Positions 48,313 to 58,032 of a DNA stretch of 64,000 bases are shown here, one piece after another. The stretch is from positions 16,876 through 80,875 of the forward strand of contig CAVFFZ010000004.1 in the NCBI GenBank assembly GCA_963621995.1. The letters are read 5' to 3'. The position numbers and the translations under genes were made by a program. Source of the stretch: Lachnospiraceae bacterium. GTDB lineage: Bacteria; Bacillota; Clostridia; TANB77; CAG-508. How positions within the stretch are numbered: position 1 is the first letter of the stretch; each line of letters starts with the position of its first letter. Under the pieces are notes generated by a model, which saw only the letters and a list, made by a program, of their open reading frames with translations, was not told the DNA's origin and made no database searches.

Positions 48313-48453
48313 ATTTTTTGTTGAAAAAATAAAAATTTGTAATATAATAATATAGACATTAAATGCTGTCTAGTCTTTGTCTGCGACTAGATGGTATTTT
48401 TTCGTTTTTAAGAGAAAATACCAACAACTTTTTAATGAAAGGAGGAGGTATAG

Positions 48454-48930
48454 ATGCCTAAAACAAAGTTTCAAAACCTTATATTTACCTTAATGACTGC
48501 TGTTTTAATGGCTTATTGTATGATTGCTTATAGTGTAGCAATAAATTCATCAGCTGGATTAATAAATCAAACATTTTTAATAGCATTAAAGGAATTTCCA
48601 ATAGAAGGAATTATTGTATTTTTATTAGCATATTTTGTTGCGAGTCCAATTGCTAAAAAACTAGCTTTTAGAATAGTAAATCCTAAAGAAGATAATAAAA
48701 TGTTTATCATTTTATCAATTCAAACATTTACTGTTTTAACAATGGTAGGGTTAATGAGTATATATGCCTTATTTGCACAACATTTAATAAATAGTAATAT
48801 TGTGTGTAATTATATAGTTTTGTATTGTAAAAACTTTATAATGGCTTTCCCTTTGCAAATATTTTTTGTTGGACCGTTAGTAAGAAATATTTTTAGAATT
48901 ATATTTAAGAAACAATTACAATCATTATAA
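48454..48930 (+). CDS. DUF2798-like membrane protein
   Basis: 158 aa, four hydrophobic segments, GGAGGAGG RBS. Family assignment is from memory. Confidence 0.5.
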   Translation: MPKTKFQNLIFTLMTAVLMAYCMIAYSVAINSSAGLINQTFLIALKEFPIEGIIVFLLAYFVASPIAKKLAFRIVNPKEDNKMFIILSIQTFTVLTMVGLMSIYALFAQHLINSNIVCNYIVLYCKNFIMAFPLQIFFVGPLVRNIFRIIFKKQLQSL

Positions 48931-49427
48931 CAACAACTTACAATTTTTATTTGTATCTGATTTTCTAACCTCTGGACAATTGAAAAACGGACTTCCAGAA
49001 GTTTGATTTTCAGACTTCACATTTATAAATTCTTCTCTTATTTCTGATATAGTTTTTCCTACATAAATTCTATTAGGTTTATTATTTCCTTGTCTTTTTT
49101 CTCTAATTAAATTAGCTTTATTTAGTTGTTCAAAGGCAGAACTAATAGCAGACTTACCAACATGTAATTTTGTTTCTAAATCCATTCTCGTAAAAATCAC
49201 ATACATATTTTCTTCTTCATCATAGTAATTTTTTTTCCTTTAGGAATATTATTTGCCAATTCATTATTATAGGTAAGTGATAATCTATCACATAATAGAG
49301 AATATAGTAGAATTGCTGTAGGAGATAAATCTTTATAAATCTCATTATTGCAAAGTTCTTTGTTTACTCGAAAAAATTCAACTTTTCGATAATCTTCTTT
49401 AATTTTATGTGGTACAAAAGTTAACAT
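48925..49427 (-). pseudogene. RepA_N-type replication initiator, frameshifted in a homopolymer
   Basis: Track ORFs 49197..49427 and 48925..49206. LLYSLLCDRLSL... and ...FTRMDLE...AFEQLNKANLIREKRQGNNKPNRIYVG parallel the intact copy at 56735-57640. The break is in the T8 run at 49231-49238. Confidence 0.7.
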
Positions 49428-49464
49428 TGAAATTTCTCCTAAACCAGATGGGATAAGAGATTGC

Positions 49465-49552
49465 TATTCTTGAAATTTTCTTGAAATTTTTTTGAGATAA
49501 AAAATAATTCTTGAAATTTATTTTTGAAATTTTTTCGGTATTTTCAAGAATT
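49465..49552. repeat. iteron-like repeats (TTCTTGAAAT), three direct, one partial, one inverted
   Basis: Immediately upstream of the rep gene. The same TTCTTGAAA core is repeated at 57697-57751. Confidence 0.6.
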
Positions 49553-49809
49553 TTATAGAATTGGATAAAATTAAAGACACATGCTATAATCTTACAGACA
49601 TGTGCCTTTACATATTTTAGACTTTTTTAGAATTTTCTGAGATTCTTTGAAAAATCTCTTTAATTGGTCGAGGCGAGGTACTCTCGACAATTGCTATTTT
49701 TCTTTATTTATCACGTAATTTAAAGTCTTGTATTTTTACTTTGAAACATTTCCTTGAAACTTTAGTAAAATCAATTCTAATAAAGGTTCAAGGCTTTTCT
49801 TTGGGGTTT

Positions 49810-51203
49810 TTAAGCATATTCATAATTGTAAGCTGAATCTACATAAAATATTTCTTTATCTATTAAATAATCTTCAACATTCTTATTTTCTGCCTTTTCA
49901 AATTCAACATCTACGTCAACATAGTATTTCATTGTGACAGTAATATCAGTATGCCCCAATATCTTCTTAAGAACTGCTGGAGCAATTTTAGCTTCTGCAC
50001 ATCTAGTTGCAAATGTTCCCCTTAACATGTGAGTATGAATATCAGTCTTTTTTACGACTTGTCCTTTTGTATTTTCTTCTTCGTAAATTCCAATATCCAA
50101 ATCTAATGCAATTCTTTTTAAGCTACTATTTATAGAGTTTTCTACATACATTGTTCTATCTTCTTTACAAAATAATAAATGTTCTTTATTATCAATCTTG
50201 TTTTCTAAAGCACCTTGAATAATTTGATAGATTATATTATTCATATTCAAAATTCTTTGACCTGTATTTGTTTTTGTAGTATTTCCTATAATTGCTTTGC
50301 CATTATTATCTTTTTTTGAGTTCTTCTAATATAGATTTTTCTGTTTTCTAAATCTATATCTTTATCATAATCTAAAACTAAAGCTTCTCCTATTCTCATT
50401 CCTGTACTCAATAATAGTAACAAGATATATTTGTGTCGACATTCCTTATAACTTGCATTATTCAAATAATCAACCAATTTCTTTTGTTCATCAACTGTTA
50501 GTGAAACTCTATGATGACTTTTATATTCACTTTTTGACTTTTCAACTCTATTATAGCCTTCCATAAAATTATCTGTTATGATATTTTCATATTTTGCTTG
50601 TCCAAATTCCATACATAATAACTCATAGTTTTGTTTTATAGTGCTTTTAGAATAATTTTTCAAACTCTCTAAATATTTAACAACTTCATCTCTTGTAACT
50701 TTGGAAATAGGTTTATTGGTAAATTTCTCTTTAGCTAGTTTCTTTATTGTATCTGATTTTCTTTTGTGTGTTGCCTTAATTATCTTACCTAATTTATAAT
50801 CTTCTTCAATTTTGCCTTTTACAAGATCAATTATTGTTTTATTACTTTTAGTAATTATTCTAAATTCTTGATTTTCTTCCATTTCAATTTGAAATGACAA
50901 TGCCTTATTAAATGCTTCTTTTTCATTCTTACCTACAAATGTTTTAGTTGTTCTTTTTCCTGTAATTGTATCCCTTCCTGTTGTTACTATTGCTTTCGGT
51001 GTTATAGAAAAATAGAAAGAATCACATTCTACATTGTTATCAATCACTTTTCCATTTTCAAATTTTGTTATTTGTCTATATTTACATTTATCTTTCATTT
51101 TACAGTGATTACAAATCTCTTTGCTAGATAAACCTTTATCTTTTGAATTTCTGATTGTTTTTGTTAAATAAGTTCCTACAGTAATTCCTTTTACTTTATT
51201 CAT
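49810..51203 (-). pseudogene. tyrosine recombinase/integrase, frameshifted in a homopolymer
   Basis: Track ORFs 50286..51203 and 49810..50250, colinear with the intact integrase at 58033-59340. The T7 run at 50311-50317 is one base shorter than the equivalent TTTTGTTT in the relic at 48250-48257. Confidence 0.8.
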
Positions 51204-51375
51204 TTTTCGCTTTCCTTTCTTGTTAAATTTAAGGAAAACTCTTGATATATTTTGATTTTTTGTGTATAATTATTTTAATACTATAGCAAGAGTTTTCTTG
51301 TGATTCATATTAAAAATAATAGTTTGAAGGTTTAAATGTCGCATATTTAAATCTTCTTTTTTATCTCTTGTAATC

Positions 51376-51570
51376 TTATTCATTTACTTCACTTAAAACT
51401 CTACGTGTACTCACGTATTCATTAAATGAACTTACAGCAACTTTAAATGATTTTCCTACTTTGATACAAGGAAAATCAGAACGATGGAATAAGTCTAAAC
51501 ATGTTTTATTTCCTATTCCTAATATTCTTCTTACATCTGATGTAGTATAAAATTTAATTTCGTTTTCCAT
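51376..51570 (-). CDS. xis: excisionase-family HTH DNA-binding protein
   Basis: MENEIKFYTTSDVRRILGIGNKTCLDLFHRSDFPCIKVGKSFKV...; the ATG at 51570 follows AAAGGAG. Paralog of 59487..59684. Confidence 0.7.
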   Translation of the reverse strand: MENEIKFYTTSDVRRILGIGNKTCLDLFHRSDFPCIKVGKSFKVAVSSFNEYVSTRRVLSEVNE

Positions 51571-51938
51571 AAGTTTTTTCTCCTTTCGTACTTTATTTAC
51601 GATGATATTTTCTTTGCCCCTCATCATCTGGGAATTATTAGATGGTAATTTACATTACTCCACTGGAATTTAACCACTCCGACTCTGTCCGAGTTGCACC
51701 CTATACGATGAGTTAAGGCTATGCAAGTGTCTCATTATGTTGTATCTAACAACTGAAATATTCAATTTTCAATGTCCTATCTAAAGAATTTAGGGAAATT
51801 CTATTGACTTTTCAAAGTAATTATTGTAATCTATATATATCAACAAGTAATTACTTGGCTTTATCAAAGTATAACGTAAGCTTTATAATTTGTCAAGCGA
51901 TTACAATAAAATTTTTAAATATTTTTTAGGAGTGGAAA

Positions 51939-52796
51939 ATGAAAGCTAATTTTTATATAGAAAATCAACGTTTTTGTCTTGCATTTGACAGATATGTAAT
52001 TGAAGAAATAAACGGAAAAAGATATGTTTTACCAGAAAAAGGAGCTAAAAGTCATGCTTCAACATTTTCTGATTGGATAGATAGATATTTAATAGATATT
52101 TTAAATATTGGGAAAAAAGTATATTACAAAGAGAAAATTGAAGACATAGAAATTTTAGACTATGTGCGAAACTATGGTTTATTTGGATTTATGGCTGATT
52201 TCCCAGTTAATAGATATTATGTTTTAGATGATATTGTAGCTTTAAGAGATTATAATTTAATAGAATATGAAGATCATATAACAAATATGAATTTAGAAGA
52301 ATACCTAAATTTCTTTATGCCAAAACTAAACGATAATCAAATTAAAGAACTTATTGAAAAATGTAGAAATGATATATCTCCTAGAATTATGGAAAAATAT
52401 CTTACACCAGAACTAAATGAATTTTTAATTTTTTCTAAAAACTATGGAGAACCTGTTGATATGATTTTGCAATATGCAAAAATTCTATATGAACATCTTG
52501 TTCACTTTGTAGAAGAACGTCACTTAATGAATTACTCTCCACTTATAGCAATAAATAATCTTTATATTAATATAGATAGCTTACACAATAATGAAATAGG
52601 TTTAGTTTATGGTTATTTAAAACAAGCAATAGATTTGAATTTCTTAGTGAATTTATCACAAGATACTATTATGCTTAAGATTTGTAAATTCTGTCATAAA
52701 GCTTTTATACCAAAAAACTCAAAGGCAGAATATGATACACCACAGTGCAAGAATAAGGCAAATGTGTATAACTTTAGAAAAAGAGCTCAAGAATAA
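51939..52796 (+). CDS. hypothetical protein with a C-terminal Cys cluster (paralog family of 59862..60965)
   Basis: Divergent from xis. C-terminal CKFCHKAFIPKNSKAEYDTPQCKNK resembles CQYCNRYFIPKIRQDEIYCD...SCREK in the other copy. Confidence 0.55.
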   Translation: MKANFYIENQRFCLAFDRYVIEEINGKRYVLPEKGAKSHASTFSDWIDRYLIDILNIGKKVYYKEKIEDIEILDYVRNYGLFGFMADFPVNRYYVLDDIVALRDYNLIEYEDHITNMNLEEYLNFFMPKLNDNQIKELIEKCRNDISPRIMEKYLTPELNEFLIFSKNYGEPVDMILQYAKILYEHLVHFVEERHLMNYSPLIAINNLYINIDSLHNNEIGLVYGYLKQAIDLNFLVNLSQDTIMLKICKFCHKAFIPKNSKAEYDTPQCKNKANVYNFRKRAQE

Positions 52797-52870
52797 TGAG
52801 TGAATAATATATTTTTAATTGTTATATTAACAAAGAATTACTTAAATAGATTATTAAAAGGAGAATTTTG

Positions 52871-53456
52871 ATGAAAAGTAGTAAAGAAAAATATTATAAT
52901 ATTACAAAAAATGCAAAGCCACATTTAAATGTACTTAATTTTATAAATCTTAATGTGTCACCGGGAAAAGCTGTCGACTTAGGATGTGGTGCAGGAAGAG
53001 ACACTATAGAGTTACTAAAAAATAATTGGAATGTTTTATCCATAGATAAAGAAGATACAGAATCTATTATAAGAGAACAGCTTAACCAAAAAGAATCAGA
53101 GAATTTTAAGTTTAAAAAATGTTTTTTTGGTGAAATGAATTTGCCTAAAGTAAATTTAATTGTTGCAAATTTTAGCCTACCTTTTTCAAAAAAAGAGTTT
53201 TTTAGTGATATATGGAAAAATATAACTAATTCTCTTTCAGATGAACGGGTATTTTGTTGGAAATTTTTTTGGAAAAAAAGATACATGGGCAGAAACAAAA
53301 GAAAATCTAATATTTTTAACAGAACAAGAAGTCAAAGCTCTTTTTAGTGATTTTGAATTAATTCAATTCAATGAAATAGAAAAAGATGCAATAATAGCTT
53401 CTGGTGAAAAAAAACATTGGCACATATATGATGTTATTGCACAGAAAAAAATCTAA
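52871..53456 (+). pseudogene. class I SAM-dependent methyltransferase, single-base frameshift
   Basis: VDLGCGAGRDTIELL motif. Track ORFs 52868..53347 and 53241..53456 are joined by deleting the C at 53246 (SLSDE|GYFVGNFFGKKDTW). Confidence 0.7.
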
Positions 53457-53473
53457 TATTTTTAAGGAAAATA

Positions 53474-53502
53474 TTGACAAATTAGAATAAATAGCATATA
53501 AT
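53474..53502 (+). promoter_or_regulatory. consensus sigma-A promoter, TTGACA-17 nt-TATAAT, for the RiPP operon
   Basis: TTGACA 53474-53479, TATAAT 53497-53502. It is followed by the leader hairpin CATAAAAGT...ACTTTTATG plus TTTTT (53509-53568). Confidence 0.6.
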
Positions 53503-53605
53503 TGTTAACATAAAAGTTGTTGAATTAATATCGGATAGCTAATATCTGATGACGACTTTTATGTTTTTAGTAACTGTAGGAATATGCTAGAAAGGAGGTT
53601 TCCCA

Positions 53606-53800
53606 ATGAAAACTACAAAAAAAACTGGCATCGCGAAAACTAACTTTTGGACGAATGGAAGTAGTTATGCTTCTAGACGTTCAGCTCAGAGCTTTTTGAA
53701 TCCACAGCCGAAAACAAAAGTCACAGCAAATAGTGAATGTGAAAGTGGTTGCAATAACTCTTGTGGCACAGCTTGTGCTTCTGGATGCACCGATTTCTAA
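53606..53800 (+). CDS. Cys-rich RiPP precursor peptide (64 aa)
   Basis: GGAGG RBS. The C-terminal core ECESGCNNSCGTACASGCTDF has five Cys at exact 4-residue spacing. It sits directly upstream of a radical SAM/SPASM gene. Confidence 0.7.
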   Translation: MKTTKKTGIAKTNFWTNGSSYASRRSAQSFLNPQPKTKVTANSECESGCNNSCGTACASGCTDF

Positions 53801-53820
53801 TTTACATTTGCAAAACACAA

Positions 53821-53851
53821 AGGAGGAATATTAATTTATTAGTATTCCTCC
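53821..53851 (+). terminator. intergenic hairpin between precursor and maturase (partial terminator/attenuator)
   Basis: GGAGGAATA-12 nt-TATTCCTCC followed by a T-rich tract. Confidence 0.4.
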
Positions 53852-53879
53852 ACCTTTATTTTATAGGAGGTTTAAACTT

Positions 53880-54896
53880 ATGACAAAAAATTATTTTGCT
53901 ATGCAATGGCATATTACCGATAAATGTGATCAACGGTGTAAACATTGCTACATTTTTGCAGGCGAAGACAAATTATATTCACCAGAGTTTGATTTGCCAA
54001 TTCTAAAAGAAATCTTTTTTGATTTTTTGGCTACGTGCAAAAAAATGGACAAAAGACCGAGTATTTCTGTGACTGGTGGAGACCCTTTGTTGCATAAAGA
54101 TGTATGGAGTTTACTAGCTCTTTTTAAAGAGTATAATGTTCCTTTTGCAATTTTAGGTAATCCTTTCCACTTAAATGAGAATGTAGCAAAACAGCTAAAG
54201 GAATTAGGTTGTACTACTTATCAGATGTCTTTAGATGGTCTTAAAGAGACACATGATTTTATTAGAAAACCTGGTTCATTTGATGCAACTTTAAATAAAA
54301 TTCATGTTTTAAATGAAGTTGGAATTAAGTCAGCTATTGCTACAACTGTTTCAAAAACCAATATTGATGAAATACCTCAGCTTGTAAAAGTTGCAGTAGA
54401 TTATCAAGCAAAATCTTTTGGATTTTCAAGATACTGCCCAAATGAAAAAGATAGAGATAACCTTGTATCTCCTTCTGAATACAAAGCCTTCTTGGAAAAG
54501 ATGTGGGAACAGTTTATTATCCTTCAAAATAAAGGAACAGCCTTTATATTAAAAGACCATTTATGGAAACTGTTTCTGTATGAAAAAGGATTGTTCAAAA
54601 TTGAAGATGATTCTGAACTTATTATGGATGGATGCCATTGCGGCATTTCTCATATTACAGTTTTAGCAAACGGAACTGTTTATGCATGTAGAAGGTGTGA
54701 AAGCCCTATCGGTAAAGTTCCAGAAGAATCTTTGTATGATATCTTCTTTGGAGATAAAATGGAATCATATCGCAATTTTGAGGGCTTTGAAGCTTGTTCT
54801 AAATGCGAATTATTACGATTTTGCAGAGGTTGTCCTTCGGTAGCTAAATGTGCAACTGGAAATTTTTATGCAAAAGATCCTCAGTGTTGGAAATAA
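53880..54896 (+). CDS. radical SAM/SPASM-domain peptide maturase
   Basis: CDQRCKHC (CX3CX2C), GGDPLL, and a C-terminal Cys cluster CHCG...ACRRC...CSKCELLRFCRGCPS (SPASM-like). Confidence 0.8.
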   Translation: MTKNYFAMQWHITDKCDQRCKHCYIFAGEDKLYSPEFDLPILKEIFFDFLATCKKMDKRPSISVTGGDPLLHKDVWSLLALFKEYNVPFAILGNPFHLNENVAKQLKELGCTTYQMSLDGLKETHDFIRKPGSFDATLNKIHVLNEVGIKSAIATTVSKTNIDEIPQLVKVAVDYQAKSFGFSRYCPNEKDRDNLVSPSEYKAFLEKMWEQFIILQNKGTAFILKDHLWKLFLYEKGLFKIEDDSELIMDGCHCGISHITVLANGTVYACRRCESPIGKVPEESLYDIFFGDKMESYRNFEGFEACSKCELLRFCRGCPSVAKCATGNFYAKDPQCWK

Positions 54897-54918
54897 AACA
54901 AAATAATTTTGAATAAAG

Positions 54919-54951
54919 GTCGATAGCACAAAACTGTACTATCGACTTTTT
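54919..54951. terminator. terminator GTCGATAG-loop-CTATCGAC plus TTTTT
   Basis: Lies between the convergent maturase gene and the 110-aa ORF. Confidence 0.55.
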
Positions 54952-54956
54952 CTATC

Positions 54957-55289
54957 TTATATAATTCCTATTCTTTTAAAATAATAATAAGCATCCATTC
55001 CACCTTTGAAATATAATTCTTCGTCAGTCATAATTTGCATTTTTTCTTGTAGCTCTATTGCGTTATAAAGTAAACCACATTCAATAGGTGTCAATCCTGT
55101 TTCTACTTTATCTCCAAATAAAATATTTTGTAACTTTTCATTACTGTCTAAAATCTTTGTATATTCTTTTTGCAAATTTTTAAACTCACTATTATTTTTT
55201 TGTAAGTATATTCTTACTCCATCTAAATGTTCCATAAATTCATCTTTACAATCTTCGTAAAAAGTGGTAAATCTTTTTATATTTTCCAT
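54957..55289 (-). CDS. hypothetical 110-aa protein downstream of the relaxase
   Basis: ORF with an AAAGGA RBS, 15 nt after the mobV stop. Confidence 0.45.
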   Translation of the reverse strand: MENIKRFTTFYEDCKDEFMEHLDGVRIYLQKNNSEFKNLQKEYTKILDSNEKLQNILFGDKVETGLTPIECGLLYNAIELQEKMQIMTDEELYFKGGMDAYYYFKRIGII

Positions 55290-55304
55290 ATTATCAAATC
55301 CTTT

Positions 55305-56529
55305 CTAATATTCAATATCAAAATCGTTATTTTTCTTCTTAAATTCGTTTCTATCAAGTTGTTTTTCAAAATTAAAGTCAGTATATGTTTCTCTCTCAAA
55401 ATCTCGTACAAGCTCATCCTCAGATGGATATGAAAATTTATGACAAAGCCATTTGATAAATTTTTTTAAAGTTGTTTTAAACTTATCTATTATCTTATTT
55501 AATTGCTTATTTTCTTGCTTTAATTTATGAATTTCTTTTTTATATTCATGTTCCATATTATAGGCTTTACTTTCAAATTTCAATTCTAGTTCTTTTTCCT
55601 TATGTTCCAATTCTTCTTTCAATAAACTATTAGAGAGCCTTAAATTTACGTTTTTCTCTGTCATATTTATATAATCTTCTTTGAAATTTTCTGCAAAATC
55701 TACAGTATTTACTTGTTTTGACAGTTCTTTATTTAAAGTTAAATTTTCTTTGTGAAGTTTTAAAATTAATTCATCTTTTGGCTTTATAATTTTTTCAAAT
55801 ATCTTTTCATCTCTATTAAGCATTACTTTTTTTATATCGCTTATCTGGGGAGTTTCTGGCAATTCTAAAGTTATATTTTCCAATACCTTTTTAGTATTTT
55901 CAAAATTAGTTATTTGCTTGTAATTTTGTATGGTTTCGTTTTTTCTTTTGGTTTCTTCAGCAGGTAATCCTCTTTGCAAGTCAAAACCTTTGCTTGTTAT
56001 ATATTCATAAAAAGCATTTTGCAAATTTCTATAACTATTTCTGCCTTTCCAAAAATCTCTACAACATACTTTATCAATTTCTTTTCCATCTTTATCTTTT
56101 GTATGAATTACTGGAATATAAATCAAATGCATATGTGGTGTAGTTTCATCAAAATGCACTACTGCTGAAATTATATTTTTTTCTCCAAGATTTTTGTAAT
56201 TACAAATAAACTTGTAGCTTTCTTCAAAATATCTTTTAGTTTCTTCCAGTCCTATTGTATCAAAAAATTCTTTATCTGATGTAAATACCATTTCACACAT
56301 TATTATGCTATTACTTCTAATTTGACCTTGCAAAGCATATTTTTCCCTTAGTCTATCAAATTCTTTTGTGTAACTTAATTCATTTTTCTTAAAGTAATAA
56401 TTCAAGTGCGATTTACTAATATCTATTTCCTTATTTGAATGACTTTTTGCTTTTCTATCATTATGAACACATATTCCGATTAGCTTGGCTCCTCGTTAAT
56501 TTCTCATTTCTTACTATAGCATAACTCAT
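55305..56529 (-). pseudogene. MobV (Mob_Pre) family relaxase, single-base frameshift near the N-terminus
   Basis: HFDETTPHMHLIYIP (HxDExxPHxH). The true N-terminus MSYAIVRNEKL... (ATG at 56529) is out of frame with ...GAKLIGICVHNDRK... and is restored by deleting the base at 56495. Confidence 0.75.
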
Positions 56530-56565
56530 TGCTCCGAAGTCCTTTCTTGCTCGAAACAAATTTAT

Positions 56566-56585
56566 TTGTCTAACACACTAGACAA
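56566..56585 (-). other. candidate oriT hairpin
   Basis: Minus sense TTGTCTA-GTGTGT-TAGACAA: an inverted repeat with a GTGTG loop, just upstream of the MobV gene, as in MobV-family oriT sites. Confidence 0.4.
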
Positions 56586-56734
56586 GTTTTTCAAACTTAT
56601 CCGTGTGCTCTGCGAGGCTTTCCTAAAAATGCTTTAACATTTTTAGGCTATAAATTATAATGAACTTATCATTATAATTTATAGTGAAATTGCCCATATA
56701 AAGTAGAGCTGGCAATTTCATATCATAGCTATGC

Positions 56735-57640
56735 TTACGTAGTTACAGCTTCGTTATTATAAGCAAAGTTAGTATAGAGAAAATCAAGTGAGCCATCTTC
56801 ATAGTTCCTTCCTTTATAAGAAACTTTATTTTCTTCTTTCTTTGAGATAGAAATATTTGTATTCCCTAAATTGTTATATAAGCAAATCATTAAATAACTT
56901 TTAGAATTTTGTATATTAGGTATATTCTTCAATATATCTAATAACTGTATTAAATTTTCTTTTACTATAAGCTTTAACTTATCTAATATTTTATAGTGAT
57001 TAATTGTTATATTCCCAACTTTTAAAGTATCTTTATAATATAAACTATCAATAACATCTTCTAAAATAGTTTTTTCTTCTTGTGAAAAGTCCTCTAGTTT
57101 GCATTTATCTTTTATTTCTTTTAAATAAAACTCATCATCACTATTAGGATTGATAGAATCAGTATTGATTATATTAGTTTTGATATTATTAGTATTGATT
57201 CCTCGTAAATTCTTCGATTCTAAATTCGTAATATTTTCGTTTCCAGAATCGTAATTTTTACGAATCAAGAAACGTAGATTTTCCGTTTCTTCATGTTGTA
57301 TTTTCCCAACATATATTAAATTAGGCTTTCCTAATCCTTGTCTTTTCTCTTGAACAAGTCCTACATCATTTAATTGTTTAAATGCTTTTGTAGCAGTCTT
57401 ATCAGATAAATTTAATTTTTCTTGTACTTCTTCTCTTGTAAAAATTAAATATATATTTCTTTCATCATCTATCCAATGATTTTTTTGAGATAGAGATAAT
57501 CTATCTAGTAAAAAAGCATATAATATTTTACTATCAGAATTTAGTTTATCTTTATATAAAGAACTTACAAACAGTTCTTGTGGTATTTTATAATATGAAT
57601 TTTCTAAATATTCATTATCTTTATAAGGTTTAAATTCCAT
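56735..57640 (-). CDS. RepA_N-family replication initiator
   Basis: YYKIPQELF...ILYAFLLDRLSLS...IFTREEVQEKLNLSDKTATKAFKQLNDVGLVQEKRQGLGKPNLIYVG. Confidence 0.75.
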   Translation of the reverse strand: MEFKPYKDNEYLENSYYKIPQELFVSSLYKDKLNSDSKILYAFLLDRLSLSQKNHWIDDERNIYLIFTREEVQEKLNLSDKTATKAFKQLNDVGLVQEKRQGLGKPNLIYVGKIQHEETENLRFLIRKNYDSGNENITNLESKNLRGINTNNIKTNIINTDSINPNSDDEFYLKEIKDKCKLEDFSQEEKTILEDVIDSLYYKDTLKVGNITINHYKILDKLKLIVKENLIQLLDILKNIPNIQNSKSYLMICLYNNLGNTNISISKKEENKVSYKGRNYEDGSLDFLYTNFAYNNEAVTT

Positions 57641-57696
57641 AAAAAAAGTTCTCCTTTCTGTTTATTCGAAGAACTTTAAAATTACTTGATATTTTT

Positions 57697-57751
57697 TTCT
57701 TGAAACATTCTTGAAACATTGTAAATATTTTCTTGAAACTTTTTCTTGAAG
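57697..57751. repeat. iteron-like repeats (TTCTTGAAAC), four copies
   Basis: Directly upstream of the rep gene. Confidence 0.6.
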
Positions 57752-58032
57752 AAAATATGCACATTTTATAGAATTTTTCCGAACTCAAAAAAATTATGCT
57801 ATTCTTCATTTTTATTGAAAAATAGCATAATTTATAACTTTTGAATTTTTATAAATTCTCTTAAATTCCCTTGAAAAAGGGCAAAATATGGTCGAGGTGG
57901 TAGCTTTTTCAAACTACCCCAAACCTTTTATTTATCAATGTTTTATGATACTTTTGGTATTTTAAAACATTTTTTTAAAACCCTTATTTTAGTATTAATC
58001 TAAAATTCAAATGTTTAATTTTAAATGTTCTT

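Noticed and set aside
49465-49552. Short tandem repeats (TTCTTGAAAT here, and at 57697-57751) considered as a possible CRISPR array.
   Set aside because: The repeats are only about 10 bp with irregular spacing of 2-20 bp, and they sit directly upstream of RepA_N genes. They are iterons, not CRISPR.
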